This document shows positions 50,137 to 59,484 of a stretch of 64,000 nucleotides of DNA, piece after piece. How positions within the stretch are numbered: position 1 is the first letter of the stretch; every line of letters starts with the position of its first letter. A program made the translations under genes and the position numbers. Source of the DNA: a virus. Taxonomy: Duplodnaviria > Caudoviricetes. Location of the stretch: positions 55,422 to 119,421 of the IMG/VR virus record IMGVR_UViG_2845860650_000005. One strand, written 5' to 3'. Under the pieces are notes generated by a model, which did no database searches, had not been told where the DNA came from, and worked only from the letters and a program-made list of their open reading frames with translations.

Positions 50137-50476
50137 TGGAACCTTCCTTGCTTTATTTTTGGCTATCTTCTCAAGACTTTGCCCGTGTTTTGAGGGGTTG
50201 GAATGATTTTACTTCCAGATAACCGAATTCAGATTGGAACACGATGTATTTTCTATGAAAGGACTAGCAATATTCGTATATCGCATCTATATGCGATTAT
50301 TGGCGATCGCTCTTACTGGACGAATCACATTTGACATGAAACTACCGCATTTGAAACAACAAATGCGGTAGTGGTAACCATAATTTATCGACATGGAATA
50401 AGCTTTGTATGACTTATTGTAGCATTAATCAATTGAATATTCATGGCTTTTACTCAAATTTACAAGAGGTGGAGTC

Positions 50477-51583
50477 ATGGGCATGAAATATAAATATTTA
50501 GCAGATATAAGAGAAGGTATTCCTTATAGAAAATCCCTGCGAAAACACGTCGGCAGTATTGCCGCAACTATTTTAATCCAGCAATTGGATTTTCATTTTG
50601 CTGATTATCCTGATGGAATATATAAATTTCTTGCCCCTACGCCAGGGCATCCAGATTATCGAGAAGGTGATAGCTGGGTCGAAGAATTAGCTTTTAGTGA
50701 AAAAGAATTTAGGGCAGCCTTCGATCAACTGGGAGTTAGGCATACTTCCAAAACTGCTTATCTTCAAGCCGACAACCCTTTTATCAACGAGCAAGGGGAA
50801 GAAAAATATTACTGTAGCTATCACGACAAGCAAAAAGGACTGACTTGGTACTTCCGCAACCATGATAAAGTCGATGATTTGATTGAGCAGTTAATCAAAA
50901 TAGACGCGCCAAAAGCTAGCAAACGTCCGACCAGCAAGGAATCTACTGTAACTGCCCAAAGGGAATCTACCGTAACTGCCCAAAGGGAATCTACCGTAAC
51001 TGCCCAAAGGGAATCTACTGTAGATGACCTTTGGGAACCCTGTAACTTACCTTTGGGCAGTTACGTAACTGCCCAAAGGTCATCTACATTCATATACAAA
51101 GAAAATACAAAGAATACAAACAAAGAAGAAGACCCTCCTACCTCCCAAGGTGAAAATTTGGGTGCTGTGGAAAACGGGACAGCAATAGTCAGGCGATCGC
51201 TTAGCGAAGAAGAATACGAAATTTTGAGGCAAGCTCAAAATTTGTCCTACAACCCCTCAATTGCTCCTTGGAGGATAAATGCCACAGAATTCAGTTCAGA
51301 GGTCTGCAAAGCCGTTTTCGCGGCAAATCCTGAGTGGTATTCGCTTGAGGATGGAACCACAAATTTAAAAAAAATCAAAGATCGGCTGAAAACTCTAGAG
51401 AGGAATATTAGAAATTCAAACTGCGTAACGGCACTTGAAGCCTATAGCCAGCTTATGGACTATGTCCACATGTCTGAGATGTCGTCCAGTGGTATCAACG
51501 GCAAGCAGATTTTACAGCAATTCAGCGAAGATTCGGAACTACAAAGGATTAGGCGCGCCACGAGCAAAAAATTTGAACTATGA
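50477..51583 (+). CDS. phage replication initiator (lambda O-like)
   Basis: wHTH-like N-terminus (ILIQQLDF, W.EELAFS..E), central iterons, followed by loader gene. Confidence 0.8.
   Translation: MGMKYKYLADIREGIPYRKSLRKHVGSIAATILIQQLDFHFADYPDGIYKFLAPTPGHPDYREGDSWVEELAFSEKEFRAAFDQLGVRHTSKTAYLQADNPFINEQGEEKYYCSYHDKQKGLTWYFRNHDKVDDLIEQLIKIDAPKASKRPTSKESTVTAQRESTVTAQRESTVTAQRESTVDDLWEPCNLPLGSYVTAQRSSTFIYKENTKNTNKEEDPPTSQGENLGAVENGTAIVRRSLSEEEYEILRQAQNLSYNPSIAPWRINATEFSSEVCKAVFAANPEWYSLEDGTTNLKKIKDRLKTLERNIRNSNCVTALEAYSQLMDYVHMSEMSSSGINGKQILQQFSEDSELQRIRRATSKKFEL
50938..51130. promoter_or_regulatory. replication origin candidate: 24-bp iterons, palindrome and A-rich tract
   Basis: GGAATCTACYGTAACTGCCCAAAG about 3.5 times; CCTTTGGGCAGTTAC|GTAACTGCCCAAAGG at 51050-51079. 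Confidence 0.8.
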
Positions 51584-52158
51584 TTACCCAAGAAAAATTT
51601 GAAAAAGCGATCGCAATACTGCAAACTTACTTCAGCAAGAAAATTGAGCCGGAAGCCGCATTAGCCATCTGGCAGGAATATCTCGGCGACAATTTGAACG
51701 ATGCTGAGCTGGGCCAAGCTGTTAAGGAAGCCATTATCCAATGCAGACCTCATCCCAGCTTTATGCCGACCCCTAAAGAGCTTGTTGCTTTCGTCAACGG
51801 AGGAAAAGAGGTGCAAGCAATCAGGGAATGGCAAGATGTCTTATCAGCAGCATCAGGTAGAAAAGATGCGATCGCTTATTTGTCGGTTAGGGGCAAAGTA
51901 GCTTTAAGTGCAATTGGTGGATTACACGCAATTGGCGCGGCCGAAGAAAGAGTGCGCGAGAAGATGGAGAAAAATTTCATCGTGGTTTATTGTCAATGCT
52001 CAGACAAAGATTCGCGTTCTTTGCCTATGGCATCACCATCACAAGAACCAACACAGCAAGATTTTGTGCCGATGCCGGAAGAAATCAAAGCACAAATGAA
52101 GGATTTATTTAGCAAGAAAGGCAGAGGGCAGGAGGCAGAGGGCAGAAGGAAATTCTGA
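51580..52158 (+). CDS. replicative helicase loader/inhibitor-like protein
   Basis: W...L..L.D.EL..AV...I...FMPTPKEL; ATGA overlap with initiator. Confidence 0.65.
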   Translation: MITQEKFEKAIAILQTYFSKKIEPEAALAIWQEYLGDNLNDAELGQAVKEAIIQCRPHPSFMPTPKELVAFVNGGKEVQAIREWQDVLSAASGRKDAIAYLSVRGKVALSAIGGLHAIGAAEERVREKMEKNFIVVYCQCSDKDSRSLPMASPSQEPTQQDFVPMPEEIKAQMKDLFSKKGRGQEAEGRRKF

Positions 52159-52258
52159 TTCCTGCCCTCTGCCACGACCGTTCGCGTAGCGTCTCGTAGA
52201 GAAGCCTACACTGATTGCAAACCTTCTGCCCTCTGCCCTCTGCTCTCTGCCTTCTTCA
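52116..52258. repeat. composite AGGCAGA element
   Basis: near-identical to 24922-24977 and 24240-24376. Confidence 0.8.
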
Positions 52259-52285
52259 CTAGCATTTCAAACGGTAAAAGAAAGC

Positions 52286-52636
52286 ATGGATGAAAATTAC
52301 TTACAACAATACTTCATTCAGATTGCCCAACACACCTTGCATGAATGGAACTACTGGAGAAAGCAAAAAACAGAAGTCGTTGGGTGTGTTGCTGATGCTA
52401 AAAAGCGGTGGGAACAATACAATAAACTGCGATCGCAAGATGAAATCGCGTCTATTAAATGGTTGATTGACTACCACTTTTGCATTCCCAATCAGCAAAC
52501 TCCATCTTCTGATTTACAAAGCCTACAAATTTACATTGAAAAGCAATCATCAGATTTTGTAAAAGCTTCTATTAAAACCGCACTACCTTTAATTGATTGG
52601 AGTGCAATTGCGCTTGAATTGGGGGAATATGTATGA
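52286..52636 (+). CDS. hypothetical protein
   Basis: 116 aa, overlaps next start. Confidence 0.65.
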   Translation: MDENYLQQYFIQIAQHTLHEWNYWRKQKTEVVGCVADAKKRWEQYNKLRSQDEIASIKWLIDYHFCIPNQQTPSSDLQSLQIYIEKQSSDFVKASIKTALPLIDWSAIALELGEYV

Positions 52637-55600
52637 TTTACTAGTTCAATTAAATAGCGGATATAGCCAATGGACTTTAGATGCTCATTTTCTGGTAGAG
52701 GCTTTATGCCAGAACTTTATCCGTCCTCAACACTTCAAAACCCACCTTCACGAATTTATTTTAGAGTCCTATGGAATTAAATCTTCTTGCCTAATTCCAG
52801 ACTTACATTGTTTTGTCAATGCCCAAAGTAATACTTATGGTTATCAAGGGCATTCTGAAGTCAATAATATTGCTGGGTCAATTCAATTGTGTCCAGTTCG
52901 TTCTAAAAAGGCTGGCGATGGAAGTCGTAAAATCATAGTCAAGCGTCCCGATTGCAAACATCTTAATTTCAAAGAGTGCAGGAATTTATATGACTCTGGA
53001 GCTTTCCCAGAAGTTGTTGCCGATGCCAGAGTAACTCCTGAAGTATCTTTACAAAGACAACTGGATACTCTTGCTCAACTTCCGGAATTCAAAGAAACCC
53101 TACTTGTGTCTTACGACCGCCTAATTGACGAAAAACACCACCAAGGAAACCGGATAAAACAGCGTTGGAGTGTAGAAGAAGGAGAATTAGCGGTTGCCCA
53201 AACTGTAGAAGCTGCTGCTTACCTCAATTCTCAAAGGTCAAGACTGCAAAACTACACCCTAGTTCAATCCTGTCAAGGTGTTGATGCCCAGCAATATCTC
53301 AGATGTGTTGAACAAGTCCTATCCTACTGTCAAAAAGGGGATGTTCTGGGTCTGGGCGGATGGTGTATCTTGGGACGGCAACCTAGTTATCTACAAACCT
53401 TTTGGGAAACCATCAATTTAGTAATCCCCCTTGTTGCTTCCTCTGGCATCACCAAAATCCACATCTTTGGATGTACTTGGTACAAACCTAAAAAGTACCA
53501 CCCTTTACCCCCACTACCACCTTTGCTTTGGTTGTGCGATCGCCACTATATTTCACTCAGCACCGATGGACGTTCCCCCATTGGCAATGCCTTATGGAAG
53601 GACGGATGGCAATCTGCTGGTGCAACATTCCCCTATTGGCGGCATAACTTAGCTTGGGTCAAATCAGAATTGGCAACCCTGCGCGACTCTCCCCAGTACC
53701 AAGCACCACCAGGATATACAGAAGCACCACGTTTATTTATCATGCCCAATAAATTCTTAGAGAAAAGTTTAGAGTCCCCTAAACTACGCGATCGCGTCAC
53801 TATTGAACGTTGCGATATCAAGTGGGCCCAAGACCTTGCAACTAAAAACCATTATTTACATCGTCCCATTCATCCCCTATCTTTACCTTTTGCCTATGCC
53901 ATCAAGCTTGATAGCGAAACGGTCGGGACGATAATTATGAGTACGCCACACTTTACCAAGAAAAAGGACTTATTTGGTTATGACGGGTTACCCTCTAAAT
54001 GGCAAGTCTTACAAATAGCTAGACTTTGGTTAGACCCGAAAGTGCAAGTTGCTCAAACTAACGGACACGCCAATTGTATAGCGAGTTGTGCGATCGCTAA
54101 AATGCTCAAGCGAGTAAACGCCGATTGGTTAGAGCATCACCCCCCAAAATTCCCAGAACAACCCCACCACATTGAATTAATCTTCTCTTATGCAGATACG
54201 GGAGTAGGGCATCAAGGAACCATATATAAAGCCTCAAACTTCATCCAGTGGGATGTAACCACTAATAATCGGGGACGCCATACTAAAACAAAAACCGAAA
54301 CCACAGAAAAAATACTGTATGTCTACAAACTACCCCAGGCTAAAACCCCAATTGTTGCACCAAATATATTCTTAGAGAAAGAAACTGCTCAAAATAGCCA
54401 ACAAGCAGGATGCCTTTATCAATATCTAGAATCCAAAAAGCTAAAAGACGGTTCCACCATCGAATACCCCAAAGTTGTTGGAGAGCGCGACCCCAATAAC
54501 CCCCAACACTGGAGATGGGGATTTAACTGGAAGGAAAAGCAAGCAGGGAAATGGAAGGGTAAAAGTATTGGGTCTATTCCCCATAGTGCGATCGCCCAAA
54601 TTCGCACAATGCAAGAGCAAGGAGCAAAGCGAGAAGAGATTGTTAGCTTTGTCCTTCAAGCTAAAGAACAAATCAAAACTCCTAACCCATTACTCCTTAC
54701 TCCTAACCCATTATCAACGACCACTCCCATTGCTGTTGTCTTGTTCGCTGGAGGCGGCGGCATTGAGTCCGGTATGGTTGAAGCTGGAATTCGCCCAGTG
54801 GTTGCAGTGGAGTGCGATCCAACTAAACCGAAGCTTAGTAGTGCGATCGCTGACTGCCACCAACTCAACTTTCGACAATATGGTTGTAAAGTTGTTCGCC
54901 AAACCGTTCAACAAGTTGCTGCATCTAACTTTATCGGACTCCCTTTGCATCCAGACTACTTCCACGCTTCTTTAGTTTGTTCCAGATTCAGCAAATCTTA
55001 CACAGCAAAAGCTGGGCATAGAGGTGAAAGCCAAGAAGACATATCGGCAGCACAAGCGGTAGGGAAAGCCATTACAAAACTACTTCCCGCAGTATTTACT
55101 TTGGAAAATGTTCCTGGCTATATTGAAAGTCAAAGCTTTGAAACTGTTGTTAATGCCTTAAATGAAAGCGGGTATTCAGTCACTTACGAAATTATCGACT
55201 TTGCAGACTACGGACTACCTCAATCGCGCAAACGAGTTATCTTAACTGCTGGGTTAGGCTTCAATATCCTCCTACCCCCACCATCAAATAAGAGGATGGG
55301 GTGGTATGAAGCAGTTGCTTACCTCATCCCCACCATGCCCGATTCCAAACTATTAACTTCTCAACAAAAAGTAGTCGATGAGTTTTTGCTTTCCAACCCA
55401 CCCCAACCCCTACTCATCCAACGCACCGGCATCCGCGACAAAAAACCAAAATATAAACCAGGACATTTACCTTGTAATACCATAGTGCGATCGCAATTCA
55501 CCGATGACAAAGGGCACAACCGTACAAAGTTTGCCGATATCTGGTTACCTAATGGTATGGTGAAGTCCCTAACAATACAAGCAGCAGCAATTTTACAAGG

Positions 55601-55763
55601 ATTTCCCAGTTGGTATGAATTCCCTGCTGAAGTTGCCACCGCTGGTTCAATTATTGGTTACTCTGTTCCACCTAGCTTTGCAAAGCTGCTATTTGTCCAC
55701 TGCGAACAAGAAAGGCAGAAGTACGAAGGCAGAGGGCAGAAGGCAGAAGGAGTAAGGGCTTAA
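52629..55763 (+). CDS. multidomain DNA-modification protein: TGT/DpdA-like + Mom-like + small domain + C5-cytosine methyltransferase
   Basis: DSGAF, QSCQG, GLGG, IHIFG, STDG; NHYL, IARLW, FSYAD...GH.GTIYKASNF; LFAGGGG, SLVCSRFS, LENVPG, PQSRKR, LQGFP, IGYSVPP. Confidence 0.8.
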   Translation: MYDLLVQLNSGYSQWTLDAHFLVEALCQNFIRPQHFKTHLHEFILESYGIKSSCLIPDLHCFVNAQSNTYGYQGHSEVNNIAGSIQLCPVRSKKAGDGSRKIIVKRPDCKHLNFKECRNLYDSGAFPEVVADARVTPEVSLQRQLDTLAQLPEFKETLLVSYDRLIDEKHHQGNRIKQRWSVEEGELAVAQTVEAAAYLNSQRSRLQNYTLVQSCQGVDAQQYLRCVEQVLSYCQKGDVLGLGGWCILGRQPSYLQTFWETINLVIPLVASSGITKIHIFGCTWYKPKKYHPLPPLPPLLWLCDRHYISLSTDGRSPIGNALWKDGWQSAGATFPYWRHNLAWVKSELATLRDSPQYQAPPGYTEAPRLFIMPNKFLEKSLESPKLRDRVTIERCDIKWAQDLATKNHYLHRPIHPLSLPFAYAIKLDSETVGTIIMSTPHFTKKKDLFGYDGLPSKWQVLQIARLWLDPKVQVAQTNGHANCIASCAIAKMLKRVNADWLEHHPPKFPEQPHHIELIFSYADTGVGHQGTIYKASNFIQWDVTTNNRGRHTKTKTETTEKILYVYKLPQAKTPIVAPNIFLEKETAQNSQQAGCLYQYLESKKLKDGSTIEYPKVVGERDPNNPQHWRWGFNWKEKQAGKWKGKSIGSIPHSAIAQIRTMQEQGAKREEIVSFVLQAKEQIKTPNPLLLTPNPLSTTTPIAVVLFAGGGGIESGMVEAGIRPVVAVECDPTKPKLSSAIADCHQLNFRQYGCKVVRQTVQQVAASNFIGLPLHPDYFHASLVCSRFSKSYTAKAGHRGESQEDISAAQAVGKAITKLLPAVFTLENVPGYIESQSFETVVNALNESGYSVTYEIIDFADYGLPQSRKRVILTAGLGFNILLPPPSNKRMGWYEAVAYLIPTMPDSKLLTSQQKVVDEFLLSNPPQPLLIQRTGIRDKKPKYKPGHLPCNTIVRSQFTDDKGHNRTKFADIWLPNGMVKSLTIQAAAILQGFPSWYEFPAEVATAGSIIGYSVPPSFAKLLFVHCEQERQKYEGRGQKAEGVRA

Positions 55764-55910
55764 GTCCCCCACTGAAACGAACTGGATGTGGCCCCAATTA
55801 AGGAAGGGTCTGAATCCCCTTCTTAATCGTCCCTTCTGCCTTCTGCCTTCGTACTTCTGCCTTCCTTGATAACAATCATGTTACTTCTGCCCTCTGCCTT
55901 CTGCCTTCTC
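55711..55910. repeat. AGGCAGA inverted mini-element (55711-55866) plus solo tract, between convergent genes
   Basis: AAGGCAGAAGTACGAAGGCAGA...TCTGCCTTCGTACTTCTGCCTT. Confidence 0.85.
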
Positions 55911-56549
55911 TTCAGGTAGTAACTTCAAGGCTTCAAGTCGCATAGTTTCTAATCTATTTACAGACTGCTTCCCTTCTTTAATGGCCATATCCATAAGTAT
56001 TGGATATCCACTATCTATGGATTCCAATACTTCTTCCCTGGTCGCCTGCCTCCCTTCCCTAAACCACTCCACTTTCAATGGATTTCCAATTTTAAAAACT
56101 ACTCCATTTCCTGCATTAATAACTTTGTAGGATTTAGTTATCCAAAGACAAGTTACTCCTGGCTGCCTTGCGATCGCAATTCCACCAGGCTCTTTTATAT
56201 TATCGGGCAAATGCGTTTCTCTCCTGACTTCTTGCTTCTGAGCTAAAAAAGGGCAAGCTTTGATTGACCACTCAGCACATTCAGTATGTGAAGGAGGTTC
56301 TGAAATTGTTCTGTTGATTGCACACATTGGCCCAATTGGGAAGGCTAAATGACTTCCTAATCTTTCTCCACAAATCCAGCATCGCTTCAAATTGACAGCC
56401 CTCTTTAACTTTGCCCCATCCATAATCCTAAAATCATATTTCCCGTTAACTTCAGCAACAAACCAAGGCACAGGAAACCCATTTTGTACTGGTAGAGATA
56501 ATATCCTCTGGGGAAATGGGTGGGGTAAATCAGTTTTATATTTGTTCAT
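55881..56549 (-). CDS. conserved phage protein with Cys/His zinc motif
   Basis: GFPVPWF, CWICG, EPPSH.ECA, ACPFL. Confidence 0.7.
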   Translation of the reverse strand: MNKYKTDLPHPFPQRILSLPVQNGFPVPWFVAEVNGKYDFRIMDGAKLKRAVNLKRCWICGERLGSHLAFPIGPMCAINRTISEPPSHTECAEWSIKACPFLAQKQEVRRETHLPDNIKEPGGIAIARQPGVTCLWITKSYKVINAGNGVVFKIGNPLKVEWFREGRQATREEVLESIDSGYPILMDMAIKEGKQSVNRLETMRLEALKLLPEEKAEGRGQK

Positions 56550-57109
56550 GGTTTAGCTAATCTGTATTCAACCATTGCCACGGGATTACTGATATTTGGT
56601 GGCGTCCCAATTTGAATTAAATTTAATTGGTATCTACCATTATGAGCGTAAATCTGATTTATTTCTGCTCCACTTTTACGTATATCTCCGGTGGTTTCTC
56701 CATTGTTACCTGATTGCACATTTAGCATTTGCACTACAGATCCACTGGATTTAAAATTCAATCTCCAGTAATTGCTGGAAGATAAATTCCCTGTTGTGCT
56801 GAATCCTATGTTTAATTTTGTTAAATATAAATGGTTTGTGTTTCCAGTAGAAAAAGAAACATCACTGCTATTATTATTTAATAAGCCAATAATAGTGCCT
56901 AAAAGAGATATTGTTTGCCCTGTATATAAATCTACTGTAGTGCGAAATTTTTCTCTGCTTATCCAGCTATTACCACTCCATTCCCATTGAGAAATTCTAC
57001 CATTGGCGTCAGGTTCATCCCAGTAATCACCAGGGTTTGGCGAGGAATTTGGCGTCAAAGAACAAGAGTACGCTTTTCCCGCCAACGTAGTGCTTGCAGA
57101 TCTTTGCAT
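56546..57109 (-). CDS. putative virion/fiber-associated protein
   Basis: PNPGDYW...WEWSGNSW; beta-rich. Confidence 0.5.
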   Translation of the reverse strand: MQRSASTTLAGKAYSCSLTPNSSPNPGDYWDEPDANGRISQWEWSGNSWISREKFRTTVDLYTGQTISLLGTIIGLLNNNSSDVSFSTGNTNHLYLTKLNIGFSTTGNLSSSNYWRLNFKSSGSVVQMLNVQSGNNGETTGDIRKSGAEINQIYAHNGRYQLNLIQIGTPPNISNPVAMVEYRLAKP

Positions 57110-57110
57110 T

Positions 57111-57473
57111 TTACTCTTCCAATAGAATCATCGTGCCATTTTCAGCAAAGGTGAATTGCATATAAGTATTTGTGGCGATCGCTTTCCATGCATTTACTTC
57201 ACCAGATGTTGGAGCAATCGCTAATCCCGCAATAACTCCGTCCCAAAAAGATTTGAATAAATTATAAGTCGGATGCATCCCGCTAGCATAATCAAGCACC
57301 GCAGATTCCAATCGGGTGACTGCGAGTATTTGGGTAGTTTGTGAAGTAATTCTTTGATAACCAGCATCAGATAAAAATCCAATTTTAGCTCCAGTCCAAT
57401 TTGGAAGAATTGGGAAATTATCAATTTCTTGCACTTCAATTAAAACACCGTTTTCGTAAGTTTCAATATTCAT
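57111..57473 (-). CDS. hypothetical protein (fiber-assembly-like)
   Basis: operon packing. Confidence 0.55.
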   Translation of the reverse strand: MNIETYENGVLIEVQEIDNFPILPNWTGAKIGFLSDAGYQRITSQTTQILAVTRLESAVLDYASGMHPTYNLFKSFWDGVIAGLAIAPTSGEVNAWKAIATNTYMQFTFAENGTMILLEE

Positions 57474-57475
57474 AG

Positions 57476-58042
57476 TTAACCAGCTCTGAGCCAAAATAAT
57501 GGGGCAAGATTCCCTGTGATGAATGAAAGATTATCTATTGGCGCAACACTAGGCATTGCTCCATAGGTAAATCCTGATTGCCTTATTGATGCAGTGGCGC
57601 TTGTACTTGTAGGAGTTGCCTGTCCCAGTAAATAATTGTTTCCTAAAAAAGTTATTCCATTGTAAAGATTTGGTGGAACTGGCGTTGCGCCAGCGTACCA
57701 ATACCAGTCAAGGAGTGAAGCGCTAAAAGAAATGATTGCTTCTTTAATGCCTGAAGTTGCTGCAATTATTTCTCCCGTGTCTACCAATAAATTTCCAGGC
57801 ACACCGTTTTTATTAGTATAGATGCCAAATCTCGCTGCACCATTGGCAACAGTACCAGCGCAGGAAATAGCGAAGCGATCGAAAATGACGTTTTTGTCAA
57901 TTCTGAATGGAGTATAAGTAAGACTGTTTACAGTAAGTACACCAGTGGAGCTGCTGTCTGTGTAAATAAGGGGAGTATTTTGATAATATCTCCCAGATAC
58001 ATAGCCCGGATGGCTTGGCGTCCATATCAGGTTCCTTTGCAT
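57476..58042 (-). CDS. putative virion beta-sandwich protein
   Basis: ARFGIY...G.PG.LL.D.G. Confidence 0.55.
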   Translation of the reverse strand: MQRNLIWTPSHPGYVSGRYYQNTPLIYTDSSSTGVLTVNSLTYTPFRIDKNVIFDRFAISCAGTVANGAARFGIYTNKNGVPGNLLVDTGEIIAATSGIKEAIISFSASLLDWYWYAGATPVPPNLYNGITFLGNNYLLGQATPTSTSATASIRQSGFTYGAMPSVAPIDNLSFITGNLAPLFWLRAG

Positions 58043-58043
58043 A

Positions 58044-58628
58044 TTAAGTCCAGTACTGAATTAGTACGATTGTTCCGGCAGTGGAACTAGCAAAATACAA
58101 TGTGCCAGTAAAAGTTGCACTTCCAAAATCCTGCATCTCTTCAACATTAGAATCCAAGGTGTAATAAGGCAAAGTTGGACTTGCGACTTTGTTTATCACA
58201 TTGGAAAAACGCAAACTTCCTCCACCAGATAGCACTTTAAATGCGTATTTTTTTACTGAAGTGAAGGTAAAAGAATATTCAGTATTGGCAGCAATAATTT
58301 GGACGTGGCTAAATGTAGGGGCGATCGCCGTGACAATTGATGATTGCACATCAACCGGAATCCTGCCGCTAATCAAAGCAGGTATCCTTTGAGTAAGGAA
58401 TAGATAAATTGCTGATAGGAAGCCAAACAAGCCCACGCCACCGCTTGGCATACTTGCGCCGGTGACGGGAGTATCACCAAGACGATCGCGTATCTCGCCT
58501 AATCTTGTAATCTCGGCTTGCTGATTAGTAGCAGAAGCATCTCCACCGCTTCCACCCCCTCCAAATTGATTAATTATTTGTCCCGATTCATCGACTATAT
58601 GACTTCTCGGAAATGATGTTCCTGGCAT
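58044..58628 (-). CDS. putative virion structural protein
   Basis: GGGGSGGDASATNQ; beta-rich C-terminus. Confidence 0.55.
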   Translation of the reverse strand: MPGTSFPRSHIVDESGQIINQFGGGGSGGDASATNQQAEITRLGEIRDRLGDTPVTGASMPSGGVGLFGFLSAIYLFLTQRIPALISGRIPVDVQSSIVTAIAPTFSHVQIIAANTEYSFTFTSVKKYAFKVLSGGGSLRFSNVINKVASPTLPYYTLDSNVEEMQDFGSATFTGTLYFASSTAGTIVLIQYWT

Positions 58629-58651
58629 AAAATGGTTTTATTTTAGATATA

Positions 58652-59083
58652 ATGTCAGACCCAATATTTTCAATTAAATACTCCGACAAACAAGTCAGCG
58701 ATCGCTTCTCTCGTCTTATGGAACAAACTGGCAATCTCCGACCTGCTTTGCAAGAGATTGGTGAATATATGCTTTACTCCACAGACCAACACTTTGTCAC
58801 CGAAACTGACCCCCAAGGCATTCCCTGGAAACCTCTTACACCGTTCACTCTTAGAGAAAAACGAGCTAAAGGTCGGATTCTCAAAATTCTTCAAAGCACT
58901 GGGTTGATGCGATCGCGCATCAACTACCAAGTCAGCGATAACCAGTGCGTTGTGGGTGTTAACGACGAAAAAGCTAAAAAGCATCAGTTAGGAATAGGTG
59001 TTGATAAACGAGAATTTTTAGGTGTTAGTACTGATGATAAACAAGAAATCGTTAGCATTTTAGACGATTATATCCAATCGTAA
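58652..59083 (+). CDS. phage virion morphogenesis protein (P2 gpS / Mu gpG family)
   Basis: F..E.DP.G.PW.PL, L..TG.MR, HQLG...REFLG. Confidence 0.88.
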   Translation: MSDPIFSIKYSDKQVSDRFSRLMEQTGNLRPALQEIGEYMLYSTDQHFVTETDPQGIPWKPLTPFTLREKRAKGRILKILQSTGLMRSRINYQVSDNQCVVGVNDEKAKKHQLGIGVDKREFLGVSTDDKQEIVSILDDYIQS

Positions 59084-59368
59084 TCTAATTTCTTCTATGT
59101 TCGTATTTCTGATTTCTAAATATTTATCTTCAATTGCCAAATCGTCGGTGCTAGTACCAAAGATATCGGCAATAGCTTTGAGTAGCGCGTACTCAGTACG
59201 GTTTTTACCGGATTCGATTTTTGATAATGATTCATTGCAAATGCCAAGATAATAGGCAAATTCTAATTGAGTCATAGGTATTTCCTTTCTCACTTCTTTT
59301 ACGTTTTTTCCAATAATTCTGTAAACCTCTAAATTCTGCAACAAAGGCATTCCTGTTAGTTGTGGCAT
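59060..59368 (-). CDS. XRE-family HTH regulator divergent from the head operon
   Basis: IGKNVKEVRK..MTQLEFA..LGI....LSKIESG. Confidence 0.85.
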   Translation of the reverse strand: MPQLTGMPLLQNLEVYRIIGKNVKEVRKEIPMTQLEFAYYLGICNESLSKIESGKNRTEYALLKAIADIFGTSTDDLAIEDKYLEIRNTNIEEIRLRLDIIV

Positions 59369-59401
59369 TTTGACTCCTTATTATTAACCATTTAAATTAT
59401 A

Positions 59402-59451
59402 TTTTGCCATTTCAGCAAATAGGAAAACATAATTTTGCTGAAACAGCAAAA
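59402..59451. promoter_or_regulatory. inverted-repeat operator candidate
   Basis: TTTTGCCATTTCAGCAAA ... TTTGCTGAAACAGCAAAA. Confidence 0.55.
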
Positions 59452-59484
59452 ATTTTAAAATTTTAATAATAGAAATTACGATCT

